DNA of 64,000 nucleotides from the NCBI GenBank assembly GCA_041576165.1, contig JBFGLM010000006.1, forward strand, positions 74,458-138,457. Reading direction: 5' to 3'. Positions 28,560 to 37,579 of this stretch are shown one piece after another. Numbering within the stretch: the first letter of the stretch is position 1; each line of letters begins with the position of its first letter. The notes below the pieces were generated by a model. It saw only the letters and a program-made list of their open reading frames with translations, was not told the origin of the DNA and made no database searches. This DNA is from Acidimicrobiia bacterium (lineage in GTDB: Bacteria > Actinomycetota > Acidimicrobiia > Spongiisociales > Spongiisociaceae). The translations under genes and the position numbers were made by a program.

Positions 28560-28628
28560 CGCCCCGTCAGCAAAGGCTGGCGCATAGCTGGTGAGTTGGC
28601 TGACAACCGATGCGAAGGAAAGGCTCCG

Positions 28629-29051
28629 ATGGGTAGCTTCGTGGAGGGCGTCCGCGAGACCACCGCGTCGTGCGACGCGGTCTGGTCCCTGCTGGTGGAC
28701 GTGGAACGCTGGCCGCAGACCTTCACGCCCCATCTGACCGCTGCGCGGCTGGAGGGCCCGCTCGAGACGGGCACGACCGGGTGGGTCAAAACCAAACTCC
28801 CACTGCCCCGCTCACCGTTCACCGTCACCAGCGTCGACGACGGCCGCAGTTGGGGGTGGCAGGGCCAGCTCCTGTGGTTGACGATGACCTTCGACCACCG
28901 GTGTGAATCAACCCGCGACGGCTGCCGGGTGGTATTCGACGTCGATCTGGAGGGGCCGCTGGCTGGTGCCATCCGCCCGCTCGCCCGCCGGGTTTACCGC
29001 CCGCAGATGGAAAGGGCGCTGGATCTGCTGGTCGAACATGCGGCTCGGTGA
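28629..29051 (+). CDS. SRPBCC (polyketide cyclase/START) family protein
   Basis: VWSLLVDVERWP, LEGPL..G, FDH motifs. RBS-like GGAAAGG. Confidence 0.82.
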   Translation: MGSFVEGVRETTASCDAVWSLLVDVERWPQTFTPHLTAARLEGPLETGTTGWVKTKLPLPRSPFTVTSVDDGRSWGWQGQLLWLTMTFDHRCESTRDGCRVVFDVDLEGPLAGAIRPLARRVYRPQMERALDLLVEHAAR

Positions 29052-29054
29052 GCC

Positions 29055-29483
29055 CTAGGACCCGTCGCCGCAGCCGTCGCCTGGCTGGAGCGCATCGATG
29101 GCCAGTTGCGGAACCTCCACCGGCGTGAATGTCGAATGGTCCACCGTGACGAACACCACCTGCCCATCGGCAGTGACCACGCCGGTGTCTTCGATGCGAG
29201 TTTCGAGTTCGAAGGTGATCGACTTCGTGCCGATTCGAGCCACCCGCACGCGCGTCTCGAGCACGTCACCCAGGGTGGCCGTCGCTTTGAAGTTGATCGT
29301 GAGGTTGGCCGTGACCACTTCAAACCCGGCGGCTTGCATCTTGGGTGTGGTGAGCCCCACCTCCTCGAAGAGGTCCGTCAGCGTGTCGTCGAAATAGACG
29401 GCGTAGTTCCCGTTGAAGACAATCCCCTGGGCGTCGGTGTCCGAGTAGCGGACCTTGCGGCTATAGCTCACGAGCCATGACAT
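29055..29483 (-). CDS. Acyl-CoA thioesterase (YbgC/4HBT hotdog family)
   Basis: VRYSDTDAQGIVFNGNY motif. Leaderless TACGCT upstream. Confidence 0.9.
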   Translation of the reverse strand: MSWLVSYSRKVRYSDTDAQGIVFNGNYAVYFDDTLTDLFEEVGLTTPKMQAAGFEVVTANLTINFKATATLGDVLETRVRVARIGTKSITFELETRIEDTGVVTADGQVVFVTVDHSTFTPVEVPQLAIDALQPGDGCGDGS

Positions 29484-29650
29484 CGCAGGGGAGCGTACCC
29501 GGGCGGGCGGCTGCCGGGTGGTTCGGGGCCGCCCGCCGGGGCGAGCTGCGCAACGCCCGCCCCCGCCCGGGCAACCACGCTGAGTAAACCTTTCCATGAT
29601 GTGGTGCGAGACAGATGTGCGGAGGATGGGTTGGAACGGGAAGGAGCGCC

Positions 29651-29851
29651 ATGCGACGAACGCTGGATCGTCCACCCGGATTCGACGACGCATACAGTCG
29701 CGATGACATCGTCATCGAGCGTCGTCCTCCTTCACCCTGGGGCGCTATCGTCGCCTTCATCGTGATCATGGCCATTGTCGTCACCGGTCTCGTCCTGTTC
29801 TCGACAACGAGCGAGCCGGTTCCGACCACTCTCACCTCGATCGTGGGTTGA
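29651..29851 (+). CDS. Small single-TM hypothetical protein
   Basis: RBS AAGGAG, one clear TM (WGAIVAFIVIMAIVVTGLVLF). Confidence 0.6.
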   Translation: MRRTLDRPPGFDDAYSRDDIVIERRPPSPWGAIVAFIVIMAIVVTGLVLFSTTSEPVPTTLTSIVG

Positions 29852-29853
29852 TC

Positions 29854-30045
29854 ATGGCACTGTCGATCGACATCGAGGACATGCTGGCCGCGGTTCGTGA
29901 GATCAGGGCCGAGCTCGATGTGGTCAAGGCCGCTCGCCGCCGTTTGCCGGCTGACGACTACCTCGGACGAGCCTTGCTCATCGTGGAGCAGCAGGAGCTC
30001 CAGGAGCGCCTGGCGGAGGTCCGCCGAGCCGTCCGCGGCGGCTGA
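29854..30045 (+). CDS. Small coiled-coil hypothetical protein
   Basis: Abuts the upstream small gene. Amphipathic heptad pattern, GC3-rich codons. Confidence 0.55.
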   Translation: MALSIDIEDMLAAVREIRAELDVVKAARRRLPADDYLGRALLIVEQQELQERLAEVRRAVRGG

Positions 30046-30392
30046 AAGGTCTGGGCCCGGCGTTCGCCAGGGGCCGGCCCCGCCTCATCGCGCCTGTCGC
30101 CACCGTATGCACAGCGGCCGGTTGCGTGCATAAGATCCGGCCATGTCCAACCGGCCGATCCAGTCACCGCCGCGCTCCGGTCGGGGGTTCGCTGCATGAC
30201 GCAAGTCGGTCGACTCCGAACGGTAGGCGCCTTCTTGCTGATCCTGATCGGCTTCGTTGCACTACCACAAGCAGATGGGGGCCGCCTAGCGGCCCCCATC
30301 TGGCGTTCCTTAGGCTGGAGGGGTCCCTCAGGGGCCACAACAGCCGAAAGTTCGTGCACAATCAGACCTAGGCAACAGAAGGAGCGGACCGC

Positions 30393-31235
30393 ATGGCCAA
30401 CATCGTTCGAGCCGCAATCGTGCAAACGGCCTGGACCGGCGACAAGGAGTCCATGGTCGAGAAGAACGTGAAATACGCGTACGACGCCGCCGAACAGGGC
30501 GCCCGGGTCATGTGTTTTCAGGAGCTGTCCAACGCGCCGTACTTCTGCCAGGTCCAGGACGATGTGCACAAGGACACGGCCGAGCCGATTCCCGATGGCC
30601 CCACCACCCAGCGGATGATCCAAGTGGCAAAGGAAACCGGGATGGTGCTGGTCGTTCCCATCTACGAGAAGGAAGACGACGGCTTCCTCTACAACAGCGC
30701 CGCCGTAATCGACGCCGGCGGCAGCTATCTCGGCAAGTACCGCAAGACCCACATCCCGCACGTCGGTGGGTTCTGGGAGAAGTTCTACTTCCGCCCCGGC
30801 AACATGGGCTATCCGGTCTTCGACACGGCGGTTGGCCGGGTGGGCGTCTACATTTGTTACGACCGGCATTTCCCGGAGGGATGGCGGGCGCTCGGCCTCA
30901 ACGGGGCCAAGATCGTGTTCAACCCTTCAGCCACCAGCCGGGGCCTTTCCATGTACCTATGGAATCTCGAGCAGCCGGCGGCAGCGGTGGCCAACGAGTA
31001 CTTCATCGGTGCCATCAACCGGGTCGGGAAGGAGGAATTCGGAGACAACGACTTCTACGGCTCCTCGTATTTCGTCAGTCCCCGGGGCCAGATCGTCGGC
31101 GAGGCGGCATCGGATAGCGAAGAGGAGCTGGTGGTGCGGGATCTCGACATGGACGAGATCGATGAGGTCCGCAAGATCTGGGCGTTCTACCGGGACCGCC
31201 GCCCCGACGCGTACGACGAACTCGTCGCCCCGTGA
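30393..31235 (+). CDS. Nitrilase-family N-carbamoyl-beta-alanine amidohydrolase (beta-ureidopropionase)
   Basis: Catalytic triad motifs FQEL, YRKTHIP and ICYDRH, plus FWEKFYF. RBS AAGGAG. Clustered with hydA. Confidence 0.88.
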   Translation: MANIVRAAIVQTAWTGDKESMVEKNVKYAYDAAEQGARVMCFQELSNAPYFCQVQDDVHKDTAEPIPDGPTTQRMIQVAKETGMVLVVPIYEKEDDGFLYNSAAVIDAGGSYLGKYRKTHIPHVGGFWEKFYFRPGNMGYPVFDTAVGRVGVYICYDRHFPEGWRALGLNGAKIVFNPSATSRGLSMYLWNLEQPAAAVANEYFIGAINRVGKEEFGDNDFYGSSYFVSPRGQIVGEAASDSEEELVVRDLDMDEIDEVRKIWAFYRDRRPDAYDELVAP

Positions 31236-31410
31236 CGAGGCTCGGGCGTCCCTTGACCGGGGAAGGCAGGGGCGTTGCCACCGGCGGCTGCTCGATCCGG
31301 AGGGACGCGCCAGAAGGTTCCGGCGGGCTGAACTTTCGGCCGTCGCGGCCCCTGCGGGAACCGTCGAGCCTTAGGTTCGCACCATGAGCACAACCACAAG
31401 GAGAGGTTGA

Positions 31411-32706
31411 GTGGGACTACACCAGGAGTTGCTGGAACGGCACCGGCAAGTGCTGCCGTCATGGATGGCGCTCTACTACGCCGAACCAATCGCAATCGTC
31501 GACGGCGAAGGCCGGCGTGTGACCGACGCCGAGGGCAAGGAGTACCTCGACTTCTTCGGCGGCATCCTCACCACCATGACCGGCTACAAGGTGCCGGAGG
31601 TGGTGGCGGCGATCAGGGAGCAGGCCGGGAAGATGCTTCACACCTCCACCCTTTACCTGATCGAATCCCAGATAGAGCTGGCCGAGAAGCTGGCCGACCT
31701 GTCCGGCATTCCCGACGCCAAAGTCTTCTTCACCAACTCGGGAACAGAGGCCAATGACACCGCGCTGATGCTCGCCACCCAGTACCGCAAGTCGAATCAA
31801 GTGCTCGCGATGCGCAACAGCTACCACGGCAAGTCCCACTCGGCGGTGGCAGTGACCGGCAACGCGTCGTGGTCGGCCACCACCTTCTTGCCGTTCCAGG
31901 TGACGTATGTGCACAGCGGCTACAAATACCGCAGCCCGTTCGGGCACCTGCCCGACCACGAGTTCATCCGGGCGTGCAAGAACGATCTGGAAGATCTCTT
32001 GAACATCGCCACCGCCGGTGACGTCGCGTGCCTCATCGCCGAACCGATCCAAGGAGTGGGAGGTTTCACCACTCCTCCCGACGGCTTCTTCGGAGCGCTC
32101 AAGGAGGTGCTGGACGAACACGGCATCCTGTACATCACCGACGAGGTACAGACTGGCTGGGGCCGCACCGGCGAGCATTTCTGGGGCTATCAGTCCCACG
32201 ACCTGGTGCCGGACATGATCACCTTCGCCAAAGGTCTCGGCAACGGGCTGGCTATGGCCGGGGTGATCTGCCGGGCCGAGGTGATGGACTCGCTGCCGGC
32301 GAACTCGATATCCACGTTCGGCGGCAACCCGCTGGCAACCACGGGAGCCCTGGCCAACCTCAACTACCTGCTGGAGCACGACCTGCAGACCAACGCGCTG
32401 AAGGTGGGCCAGCGCCTCAAGGATGGCCTCCACCACCTTGCGGAGGAGGTCCCGAACATCGGCGACGTTCGCGGCAAGGGCCTGATGATCGGCGTCGAGT
32501 TCGTGGAGCCGGGCACGAAGAAACCCGATGTCGCGACCACCGGCGCCGTGATGGAGGCCGGGAAGACAAACGGCCTTCTGATCGGCAAGGGTGGCCTGCA
32601 TGGCAACGTCTTGCGGATCGCGCCGCCGCTGTCGGTGACCGAAGAGGAGGCCGGCGAGGCACTCGACAAGCTGTCCGACGCCGTTCACCACGCCGTCGAC
32701 AGCTGA
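31411..32706 (+). CDS. Class III PLP aminotransferase (probable beta-alanine:pyruvate type)
   Basis: SGTEAN, EPIQGVGG, DEVQTGWGRTG, FAKGLGNG and TFGGNP motifs. Confidence 0.9.
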   Translation: MGLHQELLERHRQVLPSWMALYYAEPIAIVDGEGRRVTDAEGKEYLDFFGGILTTMTGYKVPEVVAAIREQAGKMLHTSTLYLIESQIELAEKLADLSGIPDAKVFFTNSGTEANDTALMLATQYRKSNQVLAMRNSYHGKSHSAVAVTGNASWSATTFLPFQVTYVHSGYKYRSPFGHLPDHEFIRACKNDLEDLLNIATAGDVACLIAEPIQGVGGFTTPPDGFFGALKEVLDEHGILYITDEVQTGWGRTGEHFWGYQSHDLVPDMITFAKGLGNGLAMAGVICRAEVMDSLPANSISTFGGNPLATTGALANLNYLLEHDLQTNALKVGQRLKDGLHHLAEEVPNIGDVRGKGLMIGVEFVEPGTKKPDVATTGAVMEAGKTNGLLIGKGGLHGNVLRIAPPLSVTEEEAGEALDKLSDAVHHAVDS

Positions 32707-32729
32707 GCATTTCACACGGAGGAGGACCT

Positions 32730-34148
32730 ATGGCAACGACACTCATCAAGAACGGGACCGTTGTCACCGCAACCGAGACGATGGATGCCGACGTGCTGAT
32801 CGACGGCCAGAAGGTGGTCGCAGTCTTTGCGTCGGGCGCAATGTCGGGGATCACCGCCGACGACGAGATAGACGCCACCGCCAAGCTGGTCATTCCCGGC
32901 GGTATCGACGTGCACACCCACATGGAGCTGCCTTTCGGCGGCACGTTCGCGGCCGACACCTTCGAGACGGGTACCCGCGCGGCGGCATGGGGAGGGACCA
33001 CCACGATCATCGACTTCGCGGTGCAGACCGTGGGGCAGTCCGCCATGGACGGTTTCGAGGCGTGGATGGGCAAGGCCGATGGCAACTGCGCGATCGACTA
33101 CGGCTTCCACATGATCACTGGTGACATCAACGACCAGACCCTCAAAGAGATGGACATGCTGGTCGAGGAGGGCGTGACCTCCTTCAAGATGTTCATGGCC
33201 TACCCGGGAGTCTTCTACTCGGACGACGGCCAGATCGTTCGAGCCATGCAGAAGGCGGCCGAGAACGGTTCGACCATCTGTATGCACGCCGAAAACGGCA
33301 TCGCCATCGATGTGTTCGTCGAGCAGGCGCTGGCACGCGGCGAGACCGACCCGTACTACCACGGCGTCGTCCGCAAGTCGGCACTGGAAGGCGAGGCCAC
33401 CCACCGGGCGATCAAGCTGGCCGAAATTACGGGAGCTCCGCTCTACATCGTCCATCTGTCGGCCAAGGAAGCGCTCGAACAGGTGACGATTGCCCGCGAC
33501 GAGGGCAAGAACGTGTTCGCCGAGACCTGTCCGCAGTACCTGTTCCTGTCACTGGACAACCTGGGGAACGGGTTCGACGGGGCCAAGTATGTGTGCTCCC
33601 CGCCGCTGCGGGACACGGCGGCCGGGCACCAGGAGCGACTGTGGCGGGGTCTACAGACGAACGACCTGCAGGTGGTGTCCACCGACCACTGCCCGTTCTG
33701 CATGGGAGAGCACCACACCTTCGGGACCCAGAAGCAGCTGGGGCAAGGCAACTTCGCCGCGATCCCGAACGGGATGCCGGGAGTGGAGAACCGGATGGAG
33801 TTGATCTACTGGGGCGGCGTCAGCGAGGGCCGGATCGGGCTGAATCGCTACGTGGACATCACCGCGACGACACCGGCCAAGATGTTCGGTCTGTACCCGG
33901 ACAAGGGAACGATCGCGCCGGGCGCCGATGCCGACATAGTGGTGCTGGACCCCAACGCGAGCCATGTGATCTCGGCCGACACGCATCATATGGACGTCGA
34001 CTATTCGGCCTATGAAGGGTGGGAGATGCCGGTGAAGGTGGACACGGTGCTGTCGCGGGGCAAGGTGATCATAGCCGGAGACGTCTACCACGGCTCCCCC
34101 GGCGACGGCCGCTACCTGAAACGCGGGACCAGCCAGTGCCTCTTGTGA
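32730..34148 (+). CDS. hydA: Dihydropyrimidinase
   Basis: PGGIDVHTH, GGTTTIIDF, SFKMFMAY, MHAENG, VHLS and STDHCPF motifs. RBS GGAGG before ATG 32730. Confidence 0.95.
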   Translation: MATTLIKNGTVVTATETMDADVLIDGQKVVAVFASGAMSGITADDEIDATAKLVIPGGIDVHTHMELPFGGTFAADTFETGTRAAAWGGTTTIIDFAVQTVGQSAMDGFEAWMGKADGNCAIDYGFHMITGDINDQTLKEMDMLVEEGVTSFKMFMAYPGVFYSDDGQIVRAMQKAAENGSTICMHAENGIAIDVFVEQALARGETDPYYHGVVRKSALEGEATHRAIKLAEITGAPLYIVHLSAKEALEQVTIARDEGKNVFAETCPQYLFLSLDNLGNGFDGAKYVCSPPLRDTAAGHQERLWRGLQTNDLQVVSTDHCPFCMGEHHTFGTQKQLGQGNFAAIPNGMPGVENRMELIYWGGVSEGRIGLNRYVDITATTPAKMFGLYPDKGTIAPGADADIVVLDPNASHVISADTHHMDVDYSAYEGWEMPVKVDTVLSRGKVIIAGDVYHGSPGDGRYLKRGTSQCLL

Positions 34149-34164
34149 GCGTTGGCGCGTCCTG

Positions 34165-34199
34165 ATGCATGGTGCCCGCATTTTGCGGGCACCATGCAT
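34165..34199. repeat. Perfect 16-bp inverted repeat (REP-like or terminator hairpin)
   Basis: ATGCATGGTGCCCGCA-TTT-TGCGGGCACCATGCAT between hydA and the LLM gene. Confidence 0.7.
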
Positions 34200-34211
34200 T
34201 AGGTTCGCACC

Positions 34212-35225
34212 ATGGACTTCGGTGTTGTTCTTCAGACGGACCCACCCGCCAGCCGGGTGATCGAGTTGAGCAAGCTCGCGGAACAGAACGGCTTCACGCA
34301 TGGGTGGACCTTCGACTCCCACGTCTTGTGGCAGGAGCCGTTCGTCATCTACTCCCGCATGCTGGCCGAAACCGAAAACATGATCGTCGGCCCCATGGTC
34401 ACCAACCCGGGAACCCGCGACTGGACCGTGATCGCGTCCCTGTTCGCCACCCTCAACGACATGTACGGCCCTCGCACGATCTGCGGAATGGGACGGGGTG
34501 ACTCGGCCCTCCGCTACATCGGCAAGAAACCCCGGACCCTCGCCAACATGGCCGAGTCCATGCACCTGATCAAGGCGATGGTGGCCGGCCAGGAGGTCGA
34601 CTACGACGGGACCAAGCTGCGGATCCCCTGGATCCCCGAGGGCGGCGGCTGGGACCTGCCGATGTGGGCGGCCGGCTACGGTCCCAAGGCGCTGGACACG
34701 GTCGGACGGCACGCCGACGGGTTCATTCTTCAGCTCGCCGATCCCCAGATTCTTGCATGGACCATGGCCGCCGTGAGGGCCGCAGCCGAAGACGCCGGCC
34801 GCAATCCCGGCGACATCGCCATTTGCGTCGTCGCTCCCGCCTACGTGGGCGACAACGTGGCCCATCAGCGAGACCAACTCCGCTGGTTCGGCGGGATGGT
34901 CGGCAACCACGTCCACGACATGGTGAAGCGCTACGGGGCCGAAGACGAATCGAAGGTCCCCAAAGTTCTGGCCGATTACATCGCAGCCCGAGAAGGCTAC
35001 GACTACGCCCACCACGGCAGAGCGGGCAACCCGTCGACAGACTTCGTCCCCGACGAGATCGTTGATCGCTTCTGTGTTCTTGGCACGATCGACGACCACA
35101 TCGCCAAGCTGACGACACTCAGAGAGATGGGGGTGGACCAGTTCGGGATCTACCTGATGCACGACGATCAGGAGGCAACGCTGCGGGCCTACGGCGAGGC
35201 GATCATCCCAGCCATCAACGGCTGA
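34212..35225 (+). CDS. LLM-class F420-dependent oxidoreductase, TIGR03842-like
   Basis: MDFGVVLQTDPP, WTFDSHVLWQEP, GRGDSA and WFGGMVGNHV motifs. Leaderless TAGGTT-6nt-ATG. Confidence 0.88.
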   Translation: MDFGVVLQTDPPASRVIELSKLAEQNGFTHGWTFDSHVLWQEPFVIYSRMLAETENMIVGPMVTNPGTRDWTVIASLFATLNDMYGPRTICGMGRGDSALRYIGKKPRTLANMAESMHLIKAMVAGQEVDYDGTKLRIPWIPEGGGWDLPMWAAGYGPKALDTVGRHADGFILQLADPQILAWTMAAVRAAAEDAGRNPGDIAICVVAPAYVGDNVAHQRDQLRWFGGMVGNHVHDMVKRYGAEDESKVPKVLADYIAAREGYDYAHHGRAGNPSTDFVPDEIVDRFCVLGTIDDHIAKLTTLREMGVDQFGIYLMHDDQEATLRAYGEAIIPAING

Positions 35226-35236
35226 TCCGACGCCGA

Positions 35237-36373
35237 GTGCCAGACCACAGCTGGTCAAGGCCACCGGCGAGGCGGCGTCGCCTCGGTTTCGTAGCAGCGG
35301 TACTGGTCGCCGGCGCGTGCGGTTCGGGAGCAACCCCGGCGACCACCCAGGCGGCCGCGACATCCGCCCCCAACACCACCCCAGCCCAACCGCCGACCAC
35401 TACCACGACCCAACCGCCGACGGTTACCAGCCTGACGCCGACCACTGCGGCCACGAGCACCACGGTCGCGCCCGCCACCACGGCGGCACCCGAGAGCCCT
35501 GCAATACTCGTTGCCGGGCCCGAAGGGATCGCGTTGGTTGATAAGCAGCCGCTCGTGCTGCCGCCGGATGAAACCGAACTCGGAGAGTGGGTTGACGCCA
35601 TCCCGGACGGCGCCGGAGGCTTGGTGTACGCCGGTGTCGGCCAGGACGCCCAGGTGATCTGGTGGTGGCCGGCCGCCGCAGCCGAACCGCAGCTGATCTC
35701 GTTCAAACCCGGTCGGGCGCTCCATGATGCCGCGGTGATCAACGGGCGGCCGACAGCGATCGTCGTTGACGATCCCGACCCGTCGCCCGAAACGGAGCCG
35801 GAGGGCTTCGTCCAGCTGATCACACTCGAAGATGGGACCACGACGACGGTGCGGATGGTGGCTGGCATCGAATTCGGCCCGAGCCAGGTGTCGTACGGCG
35901 ACGGCGTATTCCTCGTCACTGAGGTGAACGACGGGTGCGGGGCGCTCTATGCCTTCGACCGGAGCGGAAACGACGTGGACCTGGCGGGGCTTCCCGAACC
36001 CCCATGCGAAATCCATTTCGAGGTCCCCTACTCCGGTGCCGCATTCGGACCGGCCGATACCGGCTTTGCGTACGTGGAGCAGAGAACCATCCCTTCGGAG
36101 GAGCCGGGAGGCACCATCTCCGGAGCCGAACTCGTCGTGGTCGGGTCGGACGGAGCCGAGCAACGTCGGATCGCTCTCAACACCGGCGACGAGTTGCTGG
36201 GGCGGGTGTCCTTCGACGGCCGGTGGGCAATTGTCGAGGGTGGGTACGACTTCGATCTCGAGGGCCGCTCGCAGCCTGTCCTCGTCGACACCGAAACCGG
36301 GACCGTGACACGTCCCGACATCACCGGATCGCGGGCGGTACGACTAGCCGCCAGTCCGGTCGAGCTCGGCTGA
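35237..36373 (+). CDS. Hypothetical lipoprotein with Thr/Pro-rich linker
   Basis: Lipobox VAGAC, T/P-rich stalk, acidic beta-rich domain. Confidence 0.7.
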   Translation: MPDHSWSRPPARRRRLGFVAAVLVAGACGSGATPATTQAAATSAPNTTPAQPPTTTTTQPPTVTSLTPTTAATSTTVAPATTAAPESPAILVAGPEGIALVDKQPLVLPPDETELGEWVDAIPDGAGGLVYAGVGQDAQVIWWWPAAAAEPQLISFKPGRALHDAAVINGRPTAIVVDDPDPSPETEPEGFVQLITLEDGTTTTVRMVAGIEFGPSQVSYGDGVFLVTEVNDGCGALYAFDRSGNDVDLAGLPEPPCEIHFEVPYSGAAFGPADTGFAYVEQRTIPSEEPGGTISGAELVVVGSDGAEQRRIALNTGDELLGRVSFDGRWAIVEGGYDFDLEGRSQPVLVDTETGTVTRPDITGSRAVRLAASPVELG

Positions 36374-36393
36374 GATTTCGCGCAGACCACCCG

Positions 36394-37395
36394 TCAATAC
36401 ATCGTGGTCCGCGTCAGGTGGTGCGGTCGGAAGGTCGCGTGGTAGCTCTTCCACAGCCGATAGTCGAGCTGCGGCACGATCAAAGCAAGCTCGGGTGGCC
36501 GCACGTTATTCAGGTGGTCTGTCAGTACCGCGGTCGCGTACAGAGTGTTCGCCCTGATCTCCACCTCTGCCCGACTGCCCGCCGCCAGCGGTCGGCGGGC
36601 CGCGATAGCCTCGTCCAGGACCGGCGCGTACTCGAGGATTCCCATCACCTGGAGTGCAACCGGCAGCACATAGTCTGCAAACGCCGTCATCAACGGCAGG
36701 TCCTCGAGCGAGACGTGCCCCGAGGGGCCCAAAGCCCGGTAGATCGCCCACACCAGCAGCTGTGCCAGCTTGTGGAACTGGACCTCGGTGCCGCCCAGCC
36801 ACCCGGTGTCCCGGAACCGTGGGAAAGTCTCGATGAGCCGCTCTAACACGCCGTCGCCGCCTGCATACAACGCCGGGCGGCATCCGGCGACGAACCGGGC
36901 GAACGAGCCGTCGAACTGTTCCAGCAGGACCGATCCCGCCGCGTTGAGGATGACAGCACGCTCCGTCACCATCGGGATGGGTACCGGCCCGTGAAACAAC
37001 CGTTCCAGGTCGGCAGCCGACGCTCCGGCCATCCACTCTGCCGCTACCACGTTCTCACCTCGGGTCAGGGCCCGATGAATGCCGGCGTACATGGCTTCGG
37101 CGTCGCGCCACCGCCGACCCATGTGATCGAGCTGGAATGTGGCTCCGGTTTCTGGATCGGTGAATGCGAAGTTGAGGAGTCCGAAGACGAAGCCGGCGTT
37201 CATCACAATGTCCGGGTCCGACCCAATGTCAAAAGGCCCCGCGACCGAACCGGTCGGATCCGGGAACTCCTCGTAGGCCATCCATGATGACACGCGCTCC
37301 GCGGCCGCCTCATCGACCCGGACCAGCTGCGAATCGGTCACTGCTGCCGTGACCGACCGCATTACCGGTGAGTCCCACCACGCGCCTCTTTGCAC
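36394..37395 (-). CDS. Queuosine salvage protein (DUF2419 / QNG1-like Q-nucleotide N-glycosylase)
   Basis: LNFAF, FPRFRD, FHKLAQL, TAFADY.LP, EVEIRA, LDYRLW and PHHLTRTTMY motifs. Confidence 0.88.
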   Translation of the reverse strand: MQRGAWWDSPVMRSVTAAVTDSQLVRVDEAAAERVSSWMAYEEFPDPTGSVAGPFDIGSDPDIVMNAGFVFGLLNFAFTDPETGATFQLDHMGRRWRDAEAMYAGIHRALTRGENVVAAEWMAGASAADLERLFHGPVPIPMVTERAVILNAAGSVLLEQFDGSFARFVAGCRPALYAGGDGVLERLIETFPRFRDTGWLGGTEVQFHKLAQLLVWAIYRALGPSGHVSLEDLPLMTAFADYVLPVALQVMGILEYAPVLDEAIAARRPLAAGSRAEVEIRANTLYATAVLTDHLNNVRPPELALIVPQLDYRLWKSYHATFRPHHLTRTTMY

Positions 37396-37579
37396 GGAAA
37401 GGACCGTACTGCGTCTTGGCGTCGGGTCGAATCATTCCTACCCGACGCAGGCCGCTCGACCCTCGTGTTCGAATAGAGAGAGGGCACCGGGGACCGTCCA
37501 GGGCCGAGATTCCGCTCTGGTGCGGGCGCGGTAGAAAGCCTGTCTGCCACAATTCCCGCGACCAGCGGAAGGAGTCGCC

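Noticed and set aside
28560-28628. Ms1/MTS2823 RNA expected downstream of the Rv3661-like HAD-IB gene
   Set aside because: Only about 70 nt separate it from the next CDS, too short for a ~300-nt RNA.
31408-31410. In-frame UGA before the aminotransferase as Sec
   Set aside because: No SECIS-like hairpin noticed, no catalytic context, and a good RBS/GTG follows immediately.
32028-32729. N-terminal extension of dihydropyrimidinase (706-aa ORF)
   Set aside because: Overlaps the aminotransferase out of frame. The real start is ATG 32730 after GGAGG.
25784-35363. Long alternative-frame ORFs (e.g. 25784..27688 +, 33651..35363 -, 31459..32715 -, also 5855..7411 +)
   Set aside because: Shadows of well-supported genes in high-GC DNA, Arg/Pro/Gly-rich and without motifs.
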